From Trichoplax adhaerens (Eukaryota > Animalia > Placozoa), in contig NW_002060966.1 in the NCBI RefSeq assembly GCF_000150275.1, positions 405,922 to 469,921 on the forward strand: a stretch of DNA of 64,000 nt. The letters are read 5' to 3'. Of this stretch, positions 1 to 11,097 are shown piece by piece. A program made the translations under genes and the position numbers. The notes beneath the pieces were generated by a model. It ran no database searches and was not told where the DNA came from. It worked only from the letters and a program-made list of their open reading frames with translations. Numbering within the stretch: the stretch's first letter is position 1; each line of letters begins with the position of its first letter.

Positions 1-590
1 AAGATTTGCACTTCCTTGTAGCCTATTTGCTACCAAATCCAGAAAGACTTTTTCATCTTTATAGGTATATTCATTTAAATCGACTGAACAAATTAATCGA
101 TAGCCAACTGCAAGAGCTCTTTTTTGCATGATTGGATTGAAAATAGTGGTTATCATTTTGTCATAACCATGTCGAGCACTTATTGCTTCTACTAAAAAAC
201 CGCTCAAGAATCCAATAGCCTTACTAGCATATTTTTCACCTCTCAAGCAAGCAACATCATCGATAACGATCATTTTCTTTGGATCAAAGGATTCTTTTTT
301 CTCTGCGTCTTCATATAATTGCATCATACAATCCATAATCGGAGCCATAGCTTCTCCATAGTTATCAACTATGTTCTCGCCCGCAGTCGCTTCAGTTGCC
401 TTACTGTAAACATAACCAATTCCTACTCCAACTAATTTATTATTTTCTATATCTCGAGCAACGATTGCTAATTTATCTTCCATCGCCAATCGGCATTCAA
501 ATTTAGCAGCAAGGATATACTGCTCGACCGTTATACCTCGACTTTATAAATTTCATTTCGTTCAATAAAAGAGATAGCAATGACTTTCAT
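1..590 (-). pseudogene. GNAT-family (AANAT-like) acetyltransferase paralog, frameshifted and 5'-truncated; 3' end runs off the window
   Basis: Manual translation of 540->1 is open: RGITVEQYILAAKFECRLAMEDKLAIVARDIENNKLVGVGIGYVYSKATEATAGENIVDNYGEAMAPIMDCMMQL...MIVIDDVACLRGEKYASKAIGFLSG...RHGYDKMITTIFNP...GYRLICSVDLNEYTYKDEKVF. It aligns with the two intact GNATs (VARDSHGNMVG, YIDDLAVL, RQGYTHI). The upstream segment MKVIAISFIERNEIYK (590-543) is in another frame, implying a 1-nt indel at about 541-543. Confidence 0.7.
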
Positions 591-3070
591 AACATCAATA
601 TATAATAGTGATGCTGAATATACTTTTAAGCTTAGAATGAAATCAATAAGTCTGTAAATAGACTGCAGCACTTAGAGGGGCCTAGGACAGGTGATAAGGC
701 AAGCGATGATGGATAGACTTTGAGCTTAAAATTAAATAAATAAGTCTGTTATTACATTACAAAACTATGTGAACCTATTTTGAGCATTACACTTACACTA
801 GTTGTTTCTGGAGAGTGATCAACTTCACTATTCATGGTATGACTTTGAAGTTAAGAAATGAAGATCGTGGTATAAAGATGTATAACTTCATCATAGCAAT
901 GCAAATAATTTAAAAGTAGGTTAAATCTGTGCTCTTTTGGTTCAATAAGATTATCTATTGCTGGGATAAGTTATGGTGTACTGCCTCATTTATATGCATT
1001 ATTTGTTCTATGTGCAATGTATCTTAATTAATTAATACGCTAAAAATCCGTTTAAGAAGCTATGTAACTTGATCTTAGCAATGCAAATAATAATTCATAA
1101 ATTAATTATCTTCAACTCTGGATGTTCAATAAGATCAACTATCATTCCATTAATTATTACCGAAACTCCTTTCACTCTTGATAATTACGTACTGTAATTA
1201 TACTTCTAACTTTATCTATATAATAGCGTACAATCACTTTTCAAAATGAGTATATATTTAAAATTACTTGTGTATTCCTAGACACACGGACGAAAATTTT
1301 TAACAATTTTGGATAACTTTCTAATTCCGAGTGTATCATAGAGTATATGGAATAGGCTATAAATAATTGATCTTTTTTAGAAGCAATAATAACCTGATAG
1401 TTAACAACTGAAATGCGCTTTAGCTACTTTACTGGTTCATTATTTTCATTGTAAGTAAACATGCAGTTTTCTTTTCAAATGATAAATATCATTATCCGTT
1501 AACATAGCGTATCATATGGAACTTTAATGACGGATTTTTATTAGTATAGCTAGTTTATTATTGATTACATTATAATCCCACCCTCCCGTTAATACAGAGT
1601 GAGGAACTTTATAGCTAGGGCTCACTTCCTTCTATTATATAATTATCATTCATAGATCTTACTAATGGTATCATATACGGTACTCTAGTGATATGAGATT
1701 AAATGCCATGACAAATTTAAAACATCACAACTAGCTAATTAGATAACCAAAATTAATAGCCAGCAATTAATTATAATATGTGCATGATTCTGCAGGAACT
1801 ACTCGACGAAGAATTCACCTCCAAATTTGAAAATAGAGGAAATCAAGTAGAGTAGTGCCCGCTTTCTATCGCTTTGATATATGACATGTACAAACAATCT
1901 TGTACAACCTTCCATTTTTAATTTAACTTTATTCAATTTAATCCAATAAAGTAGAATAACATGCAAATTTCTGGTTACCCAGTGATTGAATAATCTAATT
2001 TTTGATCGCTGTTTACTTTGAATGATATACTACCGCTGTTATAAAATACTTCTATTTTAGTTAACATCCATGAGTAAAATGGCACTGAACCGAAATTTTT
2101 CTCTGATATTGAATTAAATATTTCTCTGTAGTACAGTCGCAAATGAGCCCAAAATTACGATTGCAAGATTGTAGTGAGATCATTTCAACTTGCATGTTAG
2201 ATTATAAGATTGTCTAGGTACCCATTCGTAAAAGATGGTTCCATTACGTGGACTGTTTACTGCATAATATGTTATAGTCTATTCTTAGTATGTTTATTTT
2301 CCCCTACTCTATAGCGTAACTCTATGGATGTAAATCTACATTGAATAATTCACACTGTAGAAATCTACTGATACTCTAGTTGAATTGTATCGTAGAGCTA
2401 ATTTAACGTAAAAGTAAGATACTTTTAGAAGCCATTCGCCTTGATAAGAAATTCCTCCTACTGTGCTCCCTACGTTATAAAAGCTGTCTTCATTCGTCTG
2501 TCTAGTTAGTGATTCCTGTTAGTTATACGTTATGCGTCTACGATTTACCAGTACCAATCCTAGGTACTATAGCTATCCGACTAGTCATGTCGTTACTCGC
2601 GCTGTAGCCTTGGATGGTTATCCTCTGCATGTTACCTCAATAAAAACTAGTATTTTACAAGTTATTCTTTTACAATTTATTGATTATTCGACGCTTACTC
2701 TTCTGAAGCATCACAGTAATGCAGCATATATAGATACAATAGTACAAAATAATGTAGCTTTCAATTTTCTTGTAATATATTGCTTAGGGTGGAATACATA
2801 GCTGTTCATTTAAACGAGAACTTTACCAGTTTATATCATGAACTAACGGTTACAGGCAATTTTAGTTCTTGCTTTAGTTTGAAGAAGACGCTTCATTACA
2901 TTATCTATCAATCATTTTCAGGGTAAATAGCTTGGTTAAGATCGGCCTTATAGTGGACTTCAATTCAATCGATATACGCAAAATGAACTGAAAGGGTATC
3001 TTGTGTAACTGTTGATTGAACTGGTGCTCCTTTTCATCATTTTTATATAAAAATAGATGCAGCATTTTGA

Positions 3071-3820
3071 TCATAGCTTACTCGGATTTAGTACTCCTAT
3101 GTAAAGTGAAATTGAGCGAAAGCCATTCTTAGATATGGATTCATATACGCGTTCTTTACCATCATTTCCTGTAATACTGGCTACTTCGATACTATTAATT
3201 TCTTTCCAATTTGGAAGCATATCCAAATCATTTTTGGTGATTTTGTGTATGGCGATAGTTGCAGCATGTGTGTAGCCTTTTCTTTCTGCTAATACTAACG
3301 CAAATTCTGGCAGTATGTAACCGACACCTTTGCCTGATGCACTCTTTAGTACAGATACTTCATCAAGATAAACTATTCGATCGATGCCACCATATTGATG
3401 CCATGGTGTTGTTTTAAATAGTTCTACAAGAGCATTAAGAAGTGGGACAAGTTTACTACCACAGCGGTCATACGATTCCTGTCCATGGGTAACATTTATT
3501 GCTGTGGATAATGAATAAGCTACATGAACACCTATCATTTGGCCTTGTCTATTACGAGCTATGCATCCAATTCTACTCTCAACACTTTCTTGACAGGAAA
3601 AAGTAGAATCTTCAAGATATTCATCAGCAGACATACTTATACTTCTATAAAATGGATTGCTAGCCATACATTGTGCACTAATTCGACTTGCTTCAGCGAT
3701 ATCGCTCTTTTCCATTATATGATAGGAAATTTTATTCTTGAAGTCGTATAAATAGTTCTCATTTCCGGATCTAAATTGCCGTAGAAGCTGATCATACCAT
3801 GCTAAATCTTTTCTAAACAT
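3071..3820 (-). CDS. GNAT-family N-acetyltransferase (insect AANAT/dopamine NAT-like fold), 249 aa, C-terminal PTS1 (SKL)
   Basis: Single-exon ORF with the acetyl-CoA motif A region YLDEVSVLKSASGKGVG, an A-x-x-x-G-Y motif B region (AERKGYTH) and an AANAT-like C-terminus; ends LNPSKL. Splice acceptor CAG 5 nt upstream of the ATG (3826-3827). Confidence 0.8.
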   Translation of the reverse strand: MFRKDLAWYDQLLRQFRSGNENYLYDFKNKISYHIMEKSDIAEASRISAQCMASNPFYRSISMSADEYLEDSTFSCQESVESRIGCIARNRQGQMIGVHVAYSLSTAINVTHGQESYDRCGSKLVPLLNALVELFKTTPWHQYGGIDRIVYLDEVSVLKSASGKGVGYILPEFALVLAERKGYTHAATIAIHKITKNDLDMLPNWKEINSIEVASITGNDGKERVYESISKNGFRSISLYIGVLNPSKL

Positions 3821-5554
3821 TTCGGCTGGTAATTAATTAAAGAATAAAAATTGGAGTTATTTTTACGAACGGCTATAGTATACATAATACTAGATCGTTT
3901 ATGGTGGCATAAACACTCTTCTAGTGGTGCTAACGAATTGTTACACTAATTTTAGTTAACGATAAAAGAATCTATTTTTCGATTCAATGGATTTATGTTA
4001 AATCTCTGAATGGCTACTAACATTATTTCAGTTGAGTAATCAAACTTTCCGGCATAAGTTACTATCATAGTATAGTATTACCTTGAATTTGGTTTCCTAT
4101 TTAGTTTTGCATTGATTCTATTAACATAGATGACGAAATTGGTCATTAATTTTACAAGATTGAGGATAATTTAACAGTCCTACTTGTTTAGAATAGATTA
4201 ATGCCTAATTTAGCGCCTTAATCTAACAGCTATCTATGTAGATGGTCCAATAGGATATGCTACAATCTTGAACTAGTTATCTTATTGAATAATGCCTTAA
4301 ATCTATTAAGACGAAGGCAAGATCTAGAATTGATTTAATGGTTGACTTGATAGGACTAGTGAACTTTGTTGCATTAATAAATGTATAAATACCTTGTCTT
4401 ACCGTTTTAACTAATTCAATTATAAGTATAACATATGATAATATTGAAAACGCCAAAGTCTTGAATTAGTCTATTCTGTTTAACTTTACTTTGATTATAT
4501 CAGAAGAACAACGTAATTCGTCACAAATCTTTATGATCGACAACTGAATAATCTTCTTGGCCTTCAAAGCTTGTATTAAAAAGTCTGTACTTATCGTACA
4601 ATACAAGTATACCAGAATTTCGAATTCTGGTAAAAGGTACTGAGTTCTGCTAGGCAACCAAGGTGCAGTTCACCGCTATTTATTGCTACTTATGTATACT
4701 CTTCGATGTCGCCAGCTTTTATCCTTAGACTTGTTTTTATACTTAATGGTGATAAATAGAGCCATCATTGTTCTCAAGGCATTGTTTATGATGTAAGGCG
4801 TCTAAGATACGTGATCATTAAACATTCTTGTCCATAACAATATAGCAATTTCTAGTTCTGTATTGATTTTATTTATGCATGTATGCTTTTGGATAATGCA
4901 GCTTATTATCTATAGTATCCAGAATAAAATTATCGCATTACGTTTCAATTAAAATTAGCATAATTTCTATATAGTTTAATTCAATGCTATTAAGCTAAGT
5001 AAGTAGATATTTTTAATCAGCAATGCTTTTTCGCTTATTTTATTTCATAATTTTGCGAATTGCTTACGATGTAGTAATTATTCCATTCTTATACCATTAA
5101 AGTGGTAGTTAATAAATGTAGAGTCGTATGTATTGTTGGTTGTAGCTCAGAATTCGTGTTACCATTGTTTAAGAATTAGTTACTGATAAGATTTGAACAC
5201 CTAGATATTATAGAGTGTGAACTTTAATAATTGGTGGCAAGTACATTAAAGTAAATTATTATTTACTGATTAAGTTTTGATTTTTATGTGGTCGTAAAGG
5301 TCACGGTTTATCATGTTAAAATGAAAATGATTCGGATTATAATTGCTAAATATTAAGACTAGAGGTCGAATTTGTAATGGCTTTCCTTTTGGTGTGGTCG
5401 GCAAATTTTACTATTTGAATATTAGTGTACCTTGCTAGATTGGATCATTCAGATTATCAGCTTCAAATTATTAACGTTTTAAATTAGATTCTAAATGATC
5501 TCCGGACTAACAGTTTATGAGTATCTGAAATTATTATTGTTTGAAGGTGTATTA

Positions 5555-5592
5555 AAAATTAAAATTAAAATTAAAATTAAAATATTAAAATT
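5555..5592. repeat. (AAAATT)n microsatellite
   Basis: aaaattaaaattaaaattaaaattaaaatattaaaatt read directly. Confidence 0.75.
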
Positions 5593-6116
5593 ATTATTAT
5601 GTATTAAAATTAGCTCATGCATTATCTACTTGTCATCTTTTAAAATTAGATTTGATTCCTGAATTACAATTTATTAGCGTTTTGAATTTATTAAATCTTT
5701 GTATCTTAAACGTAGTTTTAAAGAAGGTCTAGAAGGCGTTCTTGATGACTTTTACTGACCATCATTGAAATATTATACGACAGTTCCCGCATATCAATCA
5801 AGTGTAAAAGAAAGCTCAGGACATAAATTTGAGTAATTCTATCCAGAATTTTTGTGTGTCCTTGTCACACACCACTAGTGACAAAGTAGTCTACACACGC
5901 CAATCCTTGCGTAGAACGCCACTTACTAACTTAAAGAGGCGAGATTAGCTATATCACCAAATAATTCAGTTCCAACGACGTTTACTATGGTATAATTATA
6001 GCGTCACAGATGATGTAGACGAGATAGTCAGAGATTTACTATCATTTATTACTGAAGGAATCTTGGCACCCAAGATTATAGTCTTTACAATTAAATATCA
6101 ATTGAAAAACTAGTTG

Positions 6117-6244
6117 ACTATCTAACCGACTAACGAACTAAAAAGGAATCTTCATTAGGACGAGCTTACGCATCGTAACAACTATCTAACCGACTAACGA
6201 ACTAAAACGGAATCTTCATTAGGACGAGCTTACGCATCGTAACA
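6117..6244. repeat. 64-bp direct tandem duplication (2 copies, 1 mismatch)
   Basis: 6117-6180 and 6181-6244: actatctaaccgactaacgaactaaaa(a/c)ggaatcttcattaggacgagcttacgcatcgtaaca. Confidence 0.95.
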
Positions 6245-6878
6245 GTCCTTCTAACTATATTCATATAAATTAGCAGAATAAAACAATATATAGATTTATG
6301 ATGATGTATGTAGGTACTTTATTGGTTGCTATGCCAAAGTATCTCAAAAATATTACAGCAGCCATAATTTCTGGTGAAACTATTTTATTGCGTGTGCATA
6401 AAAATTGATACGCTTACCAAGTATTTAGAGTTAGTTACAATACACAAGACTTTGCTCATGTTTTAACACACTTTTATTTTGCCCTAAGTTATATGCCATT
6501 TTGCAAGTAGAGAGATAATTGGTCATAATTTAAGCCACGCTATACCTACAATATTTAGTGCTGCAGGACTTGGAAACGTTAATTGAACACAACCAAAATA
6601 TGAAATTTTTTTACGAAATGGCATTAAAAAATCTCATGGTTAAGAAAAGGAGTTCAATACTTTTACTTTAGCAATGCTTTCCTTTACAAGTATTAAGTAA
6701 TAAATAGTTTCCATTGCAAACGCAGGTGTCCTGGAGAATTGTCATAATAATTTTATAGTTTGCGATAATTTAATCTTTCTATACAGGATAATATGAGCTC
6801 AATATCTCTACATGTACTAATAGTTGTAGTCCTACTTTCTGTTACTCTACTATATAATTAGTCTAATCAACACTATAA

Positions 6879-7628
6879 TTACAATTTACTCGGATTCAAT
6901 GCTAGCATATATAGCTGAATTGAGCGTATACCTTGCCTGGCTATGGATTCAAATGCTTTTTCTTTACCATCGTTTCCGGCTATACTAGCTACATCGATGC
7001 TGTTAATAACTTTCCAATTTGGAAGTACATTCGCATCTCCCTCCAAGATCTTTTCGGTAGTGATACCGGTAATATGGGTATAACCTTGTCGTTGAGCTAA
7101 TGCTACGGAAATTTCGGGCAAAATAAATCCAATACCTATACCAGAAGCGCTCTTAAGAACAGCTAAATCATCAATATACGCTATTCGTTGTGGATCTCCA
7201 TATTCATGCCATGGTGTTGTTTTAAGTAGTTGCACAAGAGCATTTAGAAATGGAGTAAATTTTTGACCACATCGCTCAAATGATTCTTGACCATACGTAA
7301 CATTAATCGCTGTGAATAAAGAGTAGACCAGATTTATTCCTACCATATTTCCATGACTATCTCGAGCTACACTTGAAATGCCAGCATCAGCAGCTATTTG
7401 ACATGTTACAACAATATCTTTAAGATATTCTTCAGCAGACATTCCAATGGCTAGATAGAATGGATTGCGAGCCATACATTGTGAACCAACTTGGCTTGCT
7501 TCAGAAATATCGCTTTTTTGCAATGCATAATAGGTAATTTTATTCTTAGGGTCGTATAAGTAGTCATTGTTGTTATCTATAAATTGCTTACAAAGTTGTT
7601 GATACCAAGCCAAATCTTTTCTAATCAT
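6879..7628 (-). CDS. GNAT-family N-acetyltransferase paralog, 249 aa, C-terminal PTS1 (SKL)
   Basis: Same length as and colinear with 3071-3820 (RKDLAWY, QCMAxNPFY, KTTPWH, LKSASGxGxG, LPNWK, GNDGKE, LNPSKL). Acceptor TAG 5 nt upstream of the ATG (7634-7635). Confidence 0.8.
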   Translation of the reverse strand: MIRKDLAWYQQLCKQFIDNNNDYLYDPKNKITYYALQKSDISEASQVGSQCMARNPFYLAIGMSAEEYLKDIVVTCQIAADAGISSVARDSHGNMVGINLVYSLFTAINVTYGQESFERCGQKFTPFLNALVQLLKTTPWHEYGDPQRIAYIDDLAVLKSASGIGIGFILPEISVALAQRQGYTHITGITTEKILEGDANVLPNWKVINSIDVASIAGNDGKEKAFESIARQGIRSIQLYMLALNPSKL

Positions 7629-8649
7629 TATGGCTATGGATAAAAATACAACATTAATGATTCATATCTCAAGGATCTTAAACGGTCATCAGTCAGTTAA
7701 ACACACACTATTCAAGTAAGATGGAATTCGGAGTAAACTATGATAATAGTGATCTAAACGATGCTAGATATTAATTGTATGCGAATTAATAAATCTACGT
7801 ATGCAAGATACAGATTCGAACTAGATCGATTTAATGCACTACAATGCGTAGTTTGGGCTATAGCGGAGCTTCTTAATGTAATGGTAATAAAATTGTGAAT
7901 TTGAATGACTTCCAGTAGGAGTCTTTGTAGCACTAATTTGTTACCGTCTATTATTTGTTGTACTGTAATAAAAAATTCTTCCATAGCAACTGACACTAAT
8001 TAATCTTATTAATGCTCTTAAATGATTCTATGACGGTCAATAATGCTGTATTCATTTGGCTATTAAGTAAGACTTAAGTGTTGGAATTTTAAGATGCTTC
8101 GTCAATTTTAGCTATTATCGAAGAGTCAAATGAGTCTGATAGATCGCTGAATAAAATCATTTCTGGAGTACTATGACCTAAAAGCAGTTACGTTTAAGTT
8201 CTAATTAGATCCAGTAGTTAAAGAGTGCTCAATCCCAAAAACTTAAGAAATTTAGAGGTTTGTTTTGACGTACTAGTAAACTTGTTGCAAAGCTATTTTG
8301 TGCCATCACTATGATAATATAGTGTTGATGACGACTTGGTTATTTCGCTTGATATAATTTTTATTAATTAGTTCAATATTAGTATTAATACTTTACTTAA
8401 GATTCATATTTGATGGTAATAACAGGATAATAAGAAATATAGTTAGCGTTAAAGGTTGATAAATATGTGAATCTTTTGGAGCTTTAGTAAATTAATTAAG
8501 GAGTTTATGTTTCATACTACTTTATTTTTTACCACAATACATCACCAGATGGAATATGGTTGAGCTATGAATTACTAAATTATCACATAAATGCGATTAT
8601 TTAGTCATCCATGTTACAACCTTAAATTTATTTTTGAATTTCATCTTAC

Positions 8650-8930
8650 TTGAATAGTAAGCAGGATAACAATATGCTATCATCGATGGCAGTAATGGCT
8701 GATATAACAGTCCAATTAGTCTTTAATTCGATCTATAGTAGTAGCTAGTCTATCCACAAATCCCATAGAATCGGATGTTGAATTACAAATACTATTTTAT
8801 CTTACCTTATTCGTCAACAGAATAACCGGATGCGCAACTGACTTTAATGATCGGTGATTAACCTGTCGTCTTGAATTTAATTATATTTGCTACTGAATTA
8901 ACAACAGCAGTACTCAATTAGGGATTGCTA
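8650..8930 (-). other. Putative spliced 5' leader exons of the GNAT cluster (exon 8650-8732, 73-nt intron 8733-8805, upstream exon ending at 8806)
   Basis: Minus-strand GTAAG donors at 8645-8649 and 8801-8805, TAG acceptor at 8733-8735, and a CCAAT/TGACGT-containing segment at about 9040-9110 upstream. The GNAT CDSs have an acceptor just before the ATG. Confidence 0.4.
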
Positions 8931-9711
8931 AAGAAAGGAGGTGGGACATAAAGCGGCTTTTCAGGGACAAAAATAGGAAAATCGATTTTTATTGCTGATT
9001 CACTTATTATACCTGAAGACTGGAACCGTACCCTATACCGTTGCCAATCAACCTGTTGGTTACTTTGAGAGCGCCCTTGTTAACAGTATAATGTGCAGTT
9101 ACTGACGTGTTTGCCATTTAAAATGACCAGAAAAAAATCAACGATGTCATTTTCATGGAGGAAAAGTTATTTCCTGTCCTTTTTTGTTTCCTTCAGCAGT
9201 CTCAGATACAAATAATTGTCAGCTTACGAAAACACTGCTAAATTTTTCGGTCTATTATCATCAGGTTAATTTTATCGTCATAGATGAGAAAGCATACTCT
9301 CTTATGTAGTCAACATTGACCTTTAGACTTGCAATCTCATTAACTAAGATTGACAGCAACGCTGTTATTATCAATCATCCATACCCTTTATAAACCAATC
9401 ATCCCAGTCAGCAAAGTATCAGGAATATAGTTTTATATTAGTCTTATGTATTGTAGATTTGATGATGGCGTAGCAAGATTAATTAATTATTGTATGTAAA
9501 TAAACCCTATTCTACTAGAGGTTCAAAATTTGCATAATTCCGTTATTGTTTTGTTTAATGCTTTTATGCTTATCACGTCGCCGCTATTCTATTTGGTTTA
9601 TGATGTCGAATTACCGATCTTCTCGAGCTCATGAACCTAATCCAAATCATGGTAATAATTCATTTGTATTTTCGATTCGAAACGATAGCAAACTAAGTCC
9701 GTACAAACTTG

Positions 9712-10311
9712 TGTAATGAAATGAAATATGTAGAAATCAAGCTACAAAACTTCTAATAAACTTTGATTCTACTTTCTTTACACTCTGGTCGACTTAACGA
9801 AACTTTGATAGCAAATAAAATTGGGGAAACAACCGATCAGCAATTTATTAAGAAAATGTGAGAGAGATCAATCAAATAACCATCCAAAAACTTAATTTTA
9901 AGTATTGTAAGTGTAGAAATGAAAAAACGGCAGAAATAAATCTGTTAACAAGCAAACAACTTAATAAAAAAAAAGAACGTTTTAACTTACAGCAGTTCGA
10001 CCTCGAAGGCCTTTAAATTTCAACAATTTCTTTAAAACAATCTTTCTTTTTACTTTTTACTCTAAAATTTCTGATTGCTCTATCATTTATAGGCTTTGCA
10101 GAGCCCTCAATGGTATTTAAAACTAAACATTTAATAACTAATCACTTTTAAGGTCGATTTTAGAGAACTATTTTGCTCCACTTAAGAAAACAAAAATTAT
10201 TCACAGTTCACACACAATTGACCTATGATTCCCTTACAAAACACTATAAACCAACAAACTAACTATAAAATACATCAAGTTTCACTTCTAACATAATTCT
10301 TTATCATTAAT
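9712..10311 (+). repeat. About 600-bp dispersed repeat, copy 1 (possible non-autonomous TE or solo-LTR)
   Basis: Colinear with 49380-49980 from tgtaatgaaatgaaat..aatcaagctacaaaactt..cactctggtcgacttaa..caatttattaagaaaatg..cagagccc..cttaagaaaacaaaaattatt to catcaag.ttcactt..aacataatt. Confidence 0.85.
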
Positions 10312-10833
10312 ACAATATAAAAGTCAAAAAATTAACCTTTAAACATCAATACTTAGTCATAAAAATAAGAGTCTAACTACTTAACAATCAGCACAACCTC
10401 TGCCCTTAGCCATCTTATATTCTATTGTCTCAATTAAACTTTCCTAATGTAACTTTCATGTCACGTCATAAAATTCCAAAGTTTTAAATTCACGACAAAT
10501 AGTTTAAATTTCAAAAATTAACTCTTGCAACATTTTCTATAAATTAAAATCCAAACATTATATCGAACACAGGTCAGACAGTATACTCAGGTACAGTCGT
10601 AATGGATATATTAATTTTCCTGAAATAATATTTACCTTGATAGTATTAACATGTTGAATAGATTCTTAGTTGGATTTTGTTAGTTAATTAATTTTCTAAT
10701 ATCCTATAGATCTTAAATAGATTTGTGCTTATGTTCACATCGTGCCCTACTCTATTTGATAGTTAAACATATAATTAATATGTTGTGTAGAATTGCAATA
10801 GGTTATTATTATGAAATCATGTTGTGTATACAG

Positions 10834-11097
10834 TTTTACCATGCTTGTACCGATAAGATGATGCGATTTCTAATTTACTTTGTTAATTGATTGATAAATG
10901 ATTCCATGGATCGTTAAAAAAATTTACTGATGACTTGACACTATGTCTTGTTATCCCAAATATCTTACCGTGCTTGTTCTGATTACGTGATGTGATTTAA
11001 ATGATTGTCTTCACTTTACTAATTAATTAACAAATGATTCTATGGATGGTCAATAAATTAACTCAGGAGTTTACATCGTGTCTTACTATACCTAATA
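10834..11097. repeat. Degenerate tandem repeat of about 130 bp
   Basis: ttacc(a/g)tgcttgt..gat...tgatg.gattt...aaatgatt.(c/t)atggat...tgtctt occurs at about 10835 and 10965, with a partial earlier copy at about 10735. Confidence 0.6.

Noticed and set aside
2532-2801. 89-aa ORF and other short intergenic ORFs (4466, 7754, 14524, 37599, 43298, 48024, 48066, 48354, 57966)
   Set aside because: No motifs, no paralogs and no convincing splice context; composition is typical of chance ORFs in AT-rich DNA.
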